This document shows positions 53,401 to 64,000 of a stretch of DNA of 64,000 nucleotides, piece by piece. Numbering within the stretch: position 1 is the stretch's first letter; the number at the start of each line of letters is the position of its first letter. Under the pieces are notes generated by a model. That model was not told the DNA's origin. It made no database searches and saw only the letters and a list, made by a program, of their open reading frames with translations. Location of the stretch: positions 21,545,119-21,609,118 of the forward strand of contig OZ037768.1 of assembly GCA_964035545.1 (NCBI GenBank), in the 5' to 3' direction. The position numbers and the translations under genes were made by a program. Origin of the DNA: Bugula neritina (taxonomy: Eukaryota > Animalia > Bryozoa).

Positions 53401-56400
53401 ACTGTGCAGGTAAAGTACATTCAGTATCTCACACTGTGCAGGTAAAAATATTCAGTATTTCACACTGTGCAGGTATAAAATATACAGTATCTGATACTAT
53501 GCAGGTATAAAGCATACAGTATCTGATACTATGCAGGTATAAAATATACAGTATCTGATACTATGCAGGTATAAAATATACAGCATCTGATACTATGCAG
53601 GTATAAAGCATACAGTATCTGATACTATGCAGCTATAAAATATACAGCATCTGATACTATGCAGGTATAAAATATACAGTATCTGATACTATGCAGGTAT
53701 AAAATATACAGTATCTGATACTATGCAGGTATAAAATATACAGTATCTGATACTATGCAGGTATAAAATATACAGTATCTGATACTATGCAGGTATAAAA
53801 TATAAATATCAACTCAATTTCCTTGTGTGATTGAACTGGCTGAATATAATTGTAACAAGGTGAAGTCGCTTGTTTGAAATGAAGTTTAAACCCCTACAGC
53901 ACCTATGCTCCTAGCAATGTAGCATAAGACCATACCTGCAATAGCCTCAGAGCAACCACTGATGGCTCATCAGGTGGTTGGAGTGAATTGGGTAAGGCTG
54001 TGGGCACATACTACTTTCAAGCTATTAAAAATTCAGGGCTATACAGTTTCAAACACTGGGCTTGATAACTGCAGACGTTCAGAACTGTATTTGAATTGTC
54101 ATAGCAGTTTGGCATTATGTCATTTTGTGTGCTCGAGTAGATGCTAGGACTAGAGGAAGGAGGGAGTAAAGATGAGAACACATCAAGTGTTCAAGGAGGA
54201 TATCTTTCGTTTCTTTACCTCCGGCATCTAAGAATTCGAGATCTTCAACGGACCGTGAGTTTAAAACTGTTTGGGAATTTATTGAGATTGTTGCAATAGG
54301 TTTTTGTGTAGTTAATAGTGTTTACTCTTTGGTGACTGTGTTTATTGCTGCTATGGATCTGCTGCACGCTGTCTATGACTCATGTTTTAGTGTCTGGGGA
54401 TTCTAAACTACTTCAGGTCTATTGAAAGAACCATTACTATAAATAGCAACGGCTTAGCCAATGAGGCTGGAGTCCTACGTATCGCCACGTGAGTTACTTG
54501 CACTCCCAGCTCTGGCATACATGTTAATAAGCTAGTATCAATTTTTCATGTAAAACCTTACATGTTTATGTATATATTTATGTATTATTTATATAAAGAA
54601 GCATGTGTCTTCATTGCAGGCCACTGGGACACAAAGTAAACAACAGCAGTGAGAACATGGTGACTCCAGGCCTCAACTCTCACGCCTACATGCATAACAC
54701 CCCAGCTGACTACAAGCAAGTCCTCTCTCTACTTCTATTTTTTGTGCTACTATTACTACTGCTGCTGCTACTGCTGCTGTTGCTAGTGTTACCGTTGTTA
54801 CTAATGTCACTATTATTGCATATGCTTGTAACAAATCTCATATAACACTGCTAGTACTACTAATACTATCACTACCAATACTAATACCATAGGCACAATC
54901 CCAATTCCTTTAAAAATTATGATGACAAGAAGTTTTAAGCAGTTTATAGAGTTTGGTTAACTTATTCTGGCAGCGTGTCTTTGATGACTTTATGAGAAGT
55001 TACGACTGACAGCTCTGCCTGGCATTACAGATGCCTTTACTGAGATCTTATTCGATTTGCTTAATTTGTACTTCTGGCTACAAGACTACAGCTAATTTCT
55101 ACTGTTGTTACAATAATTTTTTCAACTGTTGATAATAAAAAAATATTAGAATGTATATATTACATGACAGGATTGCGGAGACAGAGTTCATGGAGTTTGC
55201 TGATATTGAGAATCACGATGACTTCTACTCAGTGGATGAGGGACGGGTACACGTGCAGGACCAGAGAGGTTACTATATCATGTATGAGAAGGCTCTACAG
55301 GACCTCAAGTACGTTTCTTATCTCATCTGTTAACTATATATATTCTTCTCTGTCAGCTGTTGACTGTAGATACAGTTTTAGCTAGTATTGACATAACCAG
55401 ATATAAATTAGTGTTGACATGATGAAATATACAAAAAGTTGTCTAGGAATTCAATTGAATAAACTAAAAATGGGAAAATTGTGATTTTTTTTTATCAATT
55501 TGGCTTCTCTTGAGTTTTAACTATTTTGCTGCTAAAATCTTTTCCTGACATATTTTATGCTGATTTTCATACAAGTTATTATGTTCATGTATGTATTAAT
55601 TGTCGAGAATGGATTTATAGAATGTTGAAGTTTATTAGTTTGAAATATTGGTTACAGTAAATATGTTCATGAATAAGTATGCAAACATAATTTGATCACT
55701 CTGTGTTGATGATATAACTCACGAGCTTTGATTGGGCAATCTGTGTTCACCAGATGAGACGCAGGTGTTGATTGGTCAATATGTGTTTAGAGTTATAAGC
55801 TTCGTTCTTTGCAGGGATTTGGAAGCAGATTTACTGCTGATTGCCTCTCATTTCATTGAAAAGGATATAAAAGTCCGTAATAGCACCAAAGTAAACAGAA
55901 CAAATTCTGCCAAATCAAGGGTAAACAAATACAAATCATATACCACTTAATTTACTAGCCGTAGTACTCGCTATGGTTATCTTACTGAAACAACTGCTCA
56001 AAGTCTGATAATAAATGAAATGTCTGGGTTATTTTCTTCCCACTTCATATTTAAAATTGTTTATTTTTTGTAAACCTGTGAAAATTTTTATTCAGCATTG
56101 CTACTAACTTAGTATACATAACAGGTGGAGTTTGCTACCAAAAAGTATTAACTCATGGCGAATATTTAACTCCACCAATCACCAGTAATGCTTGCCAATT
56201 TGTACCATGTATTTAATGCTGTTATTTATCTAATTGATTATTTGTCTGATTGATTATTGATCTGGTTGATTAGATCAATGCTACAAACACTCACTCACTC
56301 AGTCACAATGAAGTGGACAGATTTGCTGTCCTCCTTGATATGTGGACCAATGAAGCATGCTTTCTAGAGAACAAGAAGTTGGTGAGTAGCTCTCATTAAT

Positions 56401-59400
56401 TTGTTATTTATATTATCTATTACATATCTTATCTGCATTATCTCGCGAATATCATTGATAGGCTGCATAATGGGTAAGTTTTGTATTTGAAACTAACAAA
56501 TATTTTGGCTAAAATCGAGAATGATGGTGGCAACATACTATTAACTAAAGAGGCACTAATATTCTGTCACTCATTCCCTATGCAGTATGACTCATTGACT
56601 ATGTACCATGACTCATTCACTATGTATCACCACTTATTCACTATGTACCATGACTCATTCACTATGTATCACCACTTATTCACTATGTATCATGACTCAT
56701 TCACTATGTACCATGACTCATTTACTATGTATCACCACTCATTCACTATGTATTGCGATTATGTAATTCTACCCATGCCTTTAGTTCATCTGCAAATTCT
56801 CATTTCCTTTCAGCTGCTAGATTGTTACATGGAGGCTTACCAACACGTGTTTGACTCGAAAGAGAGAGGCGAACTCTCACAGATCATGTACTCAGTGATG
56901 AAACAGAGACCGAGGTTCGACTTTGAGGCTGGCTACTTCTTGCAGACGTACAGACTGGAGAGCATCTGCCTGAGAATGCAGGCTAGTCTGGTAAAAGGAG
57001 TGATGGATACTCAGGTTAGTTATACTTCTTGGTGAAGTTCTAAATTATTTATTAATTTTAATGTTTGAATTTGAATTATTGTAGAAAGAATAATTGTGTT
57101 ACATAATAAATGTCCTGTTATTTACTGCAGTTTTGATATTTTTTATCGCAGAGCAACTTGTCTTGTTTTTATCATCAAAAAGTTAAGTTTTACAAGTGTT
57201 TTGACTTGCTAAGAGTCACTTCTTTTAAATTTATATCATATAGAATGTACACTTATATGTTATTTATTGTATAATGCATACCATATGGCATATATGTTAT
57301 AAAGTGTAAATATTATATAGTTTATAATTTTATAATGTAATATAATATGACATGTATATGTTCACAGATTGAAGACTGTCGACAATTTATACAGAAAGCG
57401 TGCAGAGGGGTTGAAGGAAGCAGCGAAGTTGTGTTTGGACTTCCTTTTCCTGTCATACCACATCAACCGATTTCTCTCAACATGAGCATGTAAGTCTATA
57501 TAATAATATGTACTATCAGCATTTGTTTTACTGTTCTCTTTATTCCTAGTAATGAGCTGGTGGTTCTTATTTACCATTACACTGATGTCTACTAAATGTT
57601 GTTTACTTTTACATTGATGTCTACTGAATATTATTTACTATTACACTAATGTCTACTGAATATTATTCATCATTAAACTGATGTCTACTGAATATTGTTT
57701 ACTATTACACTGATATCTACTGAATATTATTTACTATTACACTGATGTCTACTGAATATTATTTACCATTACATTGATGTCTACTGAATATTGTTTACTA
57801 TTACATTGATGTCTACTGAATATTATTTACCATTGCACTGATGTCTACATAATGACACTACTGTATGTATATGCCAGGTCTGCTCTGAAGAACGTGTACA
57901 TGCTAGAGTATCACCCCTCTCTAAGCCTAGCTGCTAAACTCCCAGAGGCTCTTACTCATGCGTTTTGGGTAAGATTAGATGTTTACATGCAACTATTTTG
58001 ATTAATAAACTTTTTGGGATTATAAATCGGTGTTGTTTTTAATTTATGTACGTTATGGCTGTGGCGCACATGTTGTGTCTCACTGTATTGTCTTTTCATG
58101 CCTCCATGCTATGGTTTCAACCTTTCTGATTATGGAGAAAATTTGATAATATAATCCAATTTTTATTGTTTAATATATTATGTGATAATACATTACTATA
58201 TTTTAATATTATTATGTATTTTAATAATATAATATGGTAAGTAATATAACATAATATTATAATAATATTACCTCATATATTTTTATATATTGTAATACTA
58301 TAATATATCATTTATTATTTGCATTTTTATATATTATATTACACATATATAATAATTTTTATATATTATTTATAACATGTTGATATGTAGGAGCTGCAAC
58401 ATATTCACAAACCCTCATCCGTAACTGAAATAATAGAACTACAGAAGAACATTCTGGAACAAGCTGTCGCTGCCTGGCAAACATTACCTGTGTCTGGGAA
58501 TAGTTTTGCCCCTCAGGTTCAAAAAGAGGTTTGTAAACTCTATATAGCCTACATAAAACACTTGGGCAAAGACTGTTTGTCTAAGCTATGGTTATAAGAG
58601 ATGTAACTGCCTGGTGTGTATGGATGACTCCAACAGTGCTGTGATCGCATGTACTTGGTGTTTATGGCGTTTGAATGGGTGATACTAAAACATTTTATAT
58701 TCTCATTTGACTCTGCTATGTATAACTTACACCATGTTCAGTTTATGCGTTAGTATCGTAGGTAGGTCAACCAATGTCAAGTTTTCGATTCAGCTTCTTC
58801 TATTTCTCTGAGTTGCAAATTATTTTGTTTGGTTGCTTTCGAAGAGCATACAAGATCTTTTTTCTCCACGTCATTAGAAAAATCAAATCAGCAGTTGGTT
58901 TCCTGAGCTTACAGTTTTGTTTGCAAAAGATAAAATTTGTCAATGGTTTTAAAGATTATTTAATGTTGTTTTCTTATAGCACAACAGCAAAATAGTATAA
59001 TTTTGAAGTGTTTTAAATCACAATGAATAAACTTGTTGTGCTATTGTAATACAGGTTGCTTTAATCTGGCTGGCATTTTTCAACAACATTTTGTGACCTT
59101 TCAGTCGTAAGATTTTATACAGAGAATTGAATATTCTGTAGCTGTAAATCTCTATATTATATTATAGATGTTTTCCGGAGTGTTTATTGAAGACCCGGCC
59201 TATCTGTGTGAAGTAGCACTCAGTCTAGTCGAGAGACAGGAGCAGACTGACCAGAGAAAGACCAAGAAGGAGAGACAGGCGCTGTCAGTAGCCACCATCG
59301 GCAGCGTCATGGAACTGGTGACATTGCGTCATCGGATGCTGGAGGCATGCTGGGAGACAGAAGTCCTCTCTAATGTAAGTAATTTACTCCACAGTTTTGT

Positions 59401-62400
59401 TACAAGATTTTTTCTGGTGGCTATCAAAATATTTGTTTATTTTAAGCATTAGGCAATCATTTTAAAGTATAACATTTTTATGATTTACTGATCATTTTGT
59501 TGCAAGTGAATCACAGTTGAAAAAATTTATAGACTAAAATCTTTCAAGTGAATTCTTGAGAAGTGTTGAAAATTGACTGTCCAGGTGTAACAATTCTGTT
59601 TTGTATTCAATTGTCAGCCATCTTTAAAAAGTATGGTATTATTACTTGCCGGCAGTTGATTTTATCTCAATATAATAAAGTTAGACTACCAAATTTATGA
59701 CACGTTCAACTTGAGTTATCACCACATGCATATTAGTATATGTGCATTAGTAAATTTATATTAGTCACTATATTAGTACGTGTTTAAAGTTGAAACAGAC
59801 TGTGTCAGTGTTATATAATACTGCTTTAAAATTTATAAGCAAGACATATGAACTTCAAAACCTTCTGAAAAATTGAGCATATTATAAGCTGAAAATAAAT
59901 GATTTACAGATGGCCGTCTTCAGTACTTACTTTTTTTAAGTAGTAGAAATTTATCATTTGTATGTTCATAGAATAGCTTTTTATTTCATGACTCTTGTTT
60001 TTGTTTTATCAGTGCCGTGCAGTAAACCCACCCCTGTGTGTTGTAGATATACAAGCAGTTGGCTGTAGAAATGGGGTTTGATGAGTGTCACCTGTTTATG
60101 AGGTTCCTACAGTTTGACTATGCTGTATACAAAGAAGGGGCGGGCAAACCTCCACCCCAATTCATCACTGCTGTGCAAGATGATGATTCGGCTGTAGACA
60201 GGTTAGCTTTTCTATTCTATTCAATAGTTCAAAATGATTTGTCTTGTATATTTTTTAAGTGTTTTCAATCAAAAGATGTTTTTATGCTCAAAAAATATAT
60301 TATGGAATAAAAAAATACGAAATGTCGATAAATATATCACCAGGGGATGATTAAGTCATACATTCTCTATGGTAAGTTTTATCTTGACCACCCTTTTTTA
60401 TTACTCATCTCTGTTAGGTTTGGTACAAGTTCAGTAAATTTCACACTTTTTGACAGTTAAACAAAGGCTAGATGATGAAAACATATTTTATTATTTAAAA
60501 ACTATTTTTGATGAAGTTTTATGTACTGAAATATTCTAAAAAGTATATTCACAGTTGATTGATTGCATGGCAGATTATTTGTACATTAGGAAACTTACAG
60601 ACAATTTTTTTTTGCTTTGTAATAACTTTTGAGTTTTCAAACTTCATACATTACTTTAGTCATAACAGATATGACTGAAACTTCATGGAAAATAATGGGC
60701 TCTTTTCATTCATTCAAGCTGGTATTTTTTCATGATATAAGATTATGTATTTTTCTCTCTTAGACTGGTGCCAAAAGATATGCCTCTAGCTATTCATGAA
60801 CTTGATGAAACTGGAATCGGAAGATTTTCATTTAGAAGTAGGGAGGGTGTAATGAACCTCCTCAAATCCTCAGGCTTAGAGAATTTCAAAGTCATAGTCA
60901 TGTCTCAGGTCAACCACAAGAACGGGCTGATGTCAGCTGTACAGCAAACCCACGTCTGCGGGGTGCATATGAAGAGCAGTGGTGATGCTTTCAACATGGA
61001 AGGAACGTGAGTATTTCTGGTAGATCCTGGCAATATTCTAGAATCTTCTGGTAGTTTATGGAGTTTTCTAGGTTTGATCAGTAAAAATGCAAACCCATCT
61101 TTTACACTGACTCACAGCTGTGTTTGTTTTAAAATCACCAAAATATTTTGTGTACTGATGATATGGTACAAACTGATTAGGTATTTTCTGTTTTTAGTCT
61201 CAACAGCATTGCAAATGTTATTTAATGCAGCTATAACCATAACTCTAGTACTTATATATCATTATTCACGTGTAATTTATGCCATAGTGCATCTTGTCAT
61301 ATATATGTTTATTATATAACTCAAGCATAAATCCATGTGATTACAGCATTATACAGTTGTAAGCTATCAGCACTTTCCTATCTATTGTAGAGGTAGAATG
61401 AGTCCCACAGATACTAAGAGCGAGAAGAGCTCATTAACTATGCTAACTGGCTTCTCTGCTGGTACTAAGGGTAAGTAAAATTGAACCATATTGAAGTTTG
61501 TTATTGTAATACCTTGAAACTGGAAGCATTGGAATAAATTTATGTGAACTTCTGTTTTTTTTCAATAAAATAAAAAGTAGTTTTTTTGTATTTTATTTTA
61601 TTCTATTTGAAAACTACTAAATATTTGTTTGTTTTTATTAAGTTTTTTGGAGCACATTGTTTGACCAACAGAGTTTCAAAAGTCTATGTTTTTGCAAATT
61701 AATTTTGACAGTGATGTCTGCTGTTCCTCTTAAATCAGTACAATGATTCTCTTGCAGGTGACCCCACAACTGCTAAAGTGGTGCGGGACAGATCATTGAG
61801 GTCTCCAGAGGCCTTTGTATCTCTCCAGCTAGAGAAAGCTCCGTTCAGGGATATCATGTTGAATGAGTTTCTGGAAAAGAAAAGAACAATGGCTATGATT
61901 CTGAAAAATGTGGAAGAGGCAGACAAGCTTAAGAGGTGCTGTGTGCAGCTGTTTACTTTCTTCAATAATAGGAACCCCAGGCTTTTGTTAGTAGTTTCAG
62001 TCCATCTGAGCCCTGATGTCAAAGGTTTCTTATTGCCAAGTTTTGCTGGCTACAGTTGACCTCTATGACCTTGCTAATGGCGTTGCTAAAATTCAATCCA
62101 CTAGCTCAGCTTGTCAAGTGTCATAATAGAACAGCACCTTCTTCTACTTAACCTTCTCATGTTCTGTTGTGAATACACAAGTGTAGCTGACAGTGTTGTA
62201 TTATTTGAACTCATAAAGAACCAATATAATGTGCAGCCTTGCAACTTATAGTGCTGATTTTGTTAGAATTAATAATGTCTTTAGATTTGAAGTAAAAGTT
62301 TGCCATGCTAATTTTAAGAACTGCATGCAAGTGTTAGAGCAAAAAGACACTTTTTAAGCTCCTAAAATAGCACACAACCCCTAATCTGCAACCATTGAAT

Positions 62401-63542
62401 AAACTCATCAATGCAACTATGCTGTTTTTCAGTAACTAAGTTTAAATGAGTTGTTTTAGGAAATACTTCAAATTATAGTAGCATCTGCTTTATCGTAATT
62501 AATTTATTGTTTGCGAAGAATAAAATGTCGAAACAAATGAAAATGCACATGTATTTGATAACTAATGATAAAGTTTCACTCGAGAAGTTGTTTTGCTACT
62601 TTCAGGCAGCTGATTCTGAACTTCAACCAGAGATACAGTGAGCGTATTCTCCAGTACTCTCTACGTGGTCAGATTATTAATGATTACAACGGGATTCTGG
62701 CACTGCTCCAGCAGTTTCCTAACATCAGAGAAACGTATTTTATTCTCGGGGAGCCAAATGAGAAGAAAACTGAGCCGGACGGAGTCCAGTCACTGCAGGC
62801 CGACCCTCGGTGTGTGCTCAATGTTGTTGTTTGGAAAACTTCTACTGTTTTGAGTTTTGACATTTTTGAAGTTCCTTAATAGTGTTGTTATAATCACGGG
62901 AACAAGTTTTCAAATTGAAAATTATGAAATTTACTGTATTTTTATGTCTTTTAAAATTAGAGTAGTTTAAGTGGAAACTTTAGCTAAACTTTGTTTTTGA
63001 AGTCTAAATATTAAAATTAAATTATTTATTACTCTAATTATATTAAAAAAAGACTTTTGATGAGAGCTTAATGCAGTTTTGTATTAGTTTGCATCAGCTA
63101 GGTACATATTTTGTTAGATTGTCACTTATTGTGATCACACGAGACAATAGAATTATTTAAAAGCTCTTTGTAACTAATATTTGGAATCATTTTATGATTT
63201 AATCACAGCTTTTCATCATCTGTTTTCTAACATCTCAGTCACAATGTGTTACTATATTTAGCACTCTGAAGAGAAGGCCACGTAGAGTGATGACGGACAA
63301 CGGAGAGCAGTTGCTCAACCTCTGGTTCATACCTCACCACTCAGAGTTACTCATCATGTTCAAGCACCTGCCACACGCTGACTGCATCAGAGCTTTAGAG
63401 CACCTGTGTAAGGTGGCTGCCTCGCTGCATGACATCATGCAGTACCTGTGCGCTCATTCGAAGCTTGGCAGCAGTCAGGCCCTCCTTGGGTCACAGAAGT
63501 TGGAGTTTGTGTCAGCGGATTGGGGAGGCACCGAAGGCATTG
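44479..63542 (+). CDS. CCDC162: CCDC162 / C6orf183-like (DUF4549-containing) large protein; continues past the window end
   Basis: 29 phase-consistent exons: 44479-44627, 45132-45204, 45957-46067, 46546-46670, 47039-47222, 47821-47883, 48062-48302, 48987-49096, 50243-50368, 52191-52385, 52626-52771, 53286-53409, 54141-54254, 54391-54488, 54620-54715, 55171-55308, 55815-55920, 56274-56381, 56814-57014, 57368-57489, 57878-57968, 58391-58528, 59168-59374, 60047-60201, 60764-61006, 61391-61470, 61758-61935, 62606-62809, 63262-63542. The N-terminus STVPLPKDASYFKKER..VQADVLKEEM..EYSTLSLPLLL..KYLHMLRWRRFC..RAQRLSVAKE..DDLIIYLKWLICH matches my recall of DUF4549/CCDC162. Confidence 0.82.
49910..50170. 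repeat. Degenerate (ACT)n trinucleotide repeat
   Basis: Directly visible; explains the Thr/Val/Ser-rich ORFs. Confidence 0.9.
50637..50784. repeat. Perfect 74-bp tandem duplication
   Basis: GTGCCGTATAAATTTCTC...GTTGTGTGCT at 50637-50710 and 50711-50784. Confidence 0.92.
51310..51380 (-). mobile_element. Second tRNA-derived SINE-like head (related copy at 15275-15350)
   Basis: CCCCCA(TT/CA)GGGATTCAAACC..AGACCTC.GGCTTGCAAGCA occurs at both loci. The minus strand gives a B-box-like GGTTTGAATCCC. Confidence 0.55.
53395..53805 (+). repeat. 32-bp tandem repeat containing the exon/donor junction (GCAG|GTA), ~13 copies
   Basis: Unit GTATAAAATATACAGTATCTGATACTATGCAG. The first copy is the real end of the CCDC162-like exon at 53409. 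Confidence 0.95.
56585..56752. repeat. 21-bp minisatellite
   Basis: ATTCACTATGTA(C/T)CA(T/C)(G/C)ACT(C/T) repeated ~8 times. Confidence 0.9.
57575..57850. repeat. 31-bp minisatellite
   Basis: ATTACACTGATGTCTACTGAATATT(A/G)TTTAC(T/C) repeated ~9 times, ending shortly before the acceptor at 57877. Confidence 0.9.
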
Positions 63543-63608
63543 GTAAGAGGATAGAATCTAATGCTATAGCTAAGCATCTGCTGCTTTTACATAGTGCCTA
63601 ATGCTATA

Positions 63609-63820
63609 AAAACTCACACAAGTTTATAGTCGCCATCCCTATGAGAAACCCCTGATGGAAGGGTTTCTTTGGTTAAATTGGGCTAAGGACTTATTCAGAT
63701 GAGGCACAGGAGCAATTATGACTGGATGCTCTTTCTAACATCACCAATGGCCTTTTTTGAGTTCGAACCCATGACTTCTTGTTTACTAAGCAAACGCTCT
63801 AACCCCTAGACCACAGCTAA
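63609..63820 (-). mobile_element. tRNA-derived SINE (same family as 30119-30338) with 16-bp TSD
   Basis: The reverse complement aligns along its length with the 30119 copy. Flanked by AGTGCCTA(A/G)TGCTATA at 63593-63608 and 63821-63836. Confidence 0.88.
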
Positions 63821-64000
63821 AGTGCCTAGTGCTATACTTCAGTGTCTAATGCTATAGCATAATATATAGTGCTATAGCTAAGTATATAATGTAATAACAT
63901 AGTTAGGGTCTTATGCTATTATGTCTAATGCTATAGCTACTTTTCCAATGCTATAACATGATTTCTAACGCTATAGCTAAATAGCAAATGCTGTAGCAAA

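Overview
AT-rich, intron-rich eukaryotic DNA from an invertebrate animal; the taxon cannot be fixed from sequence alone. Most entries in the ORF track are exon fragments or artefacts of simple repeats. I assembled five genes by hand from GT/GC-AG junctions with consistent reading phase. (1) The 3' end of a HACD/PTPLA-type 3-hydroxyacyl-CoA dehydratase (+, to 2351). (2) A ~40-kb, 26-coding-exon GSAP/pigeon-like gene (-, 42841..2926, ~944 aa). (3) Nested in one GSAP intron on the opposite strand, a two-exon receptor tyrosine kinase with only a ~35-aa glycosylated ectodomain (4898..8041). (4) Nested in another GSAP intron, a three-exon SLC16/MCT-like transporter (20923..25890). (5) Head-to-head with GSAP, a CCDC162/C6orf183 (DUF4549)-like gene (+, 44479 to beyond the window, at least 29 exons, one GC-AG intron). 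Introns carry tRNA-derived SINEs with target-site duplications, hAT and PIF/Harbinger MITEs, a decayed RTE-like LINE end and many tandem repeats. Most notable are the 'mini-ectodomain' RTK with a perfect RFX X-box/CCAAT promoter, tandem arrays built from copies of exon/intron splice-donor junctions, and an intronic 79-bp-arm hairpin whose mismatches favour G-U pairing on the host-transcribed strand. Family assignments rest on recalled motifs, not database searches.
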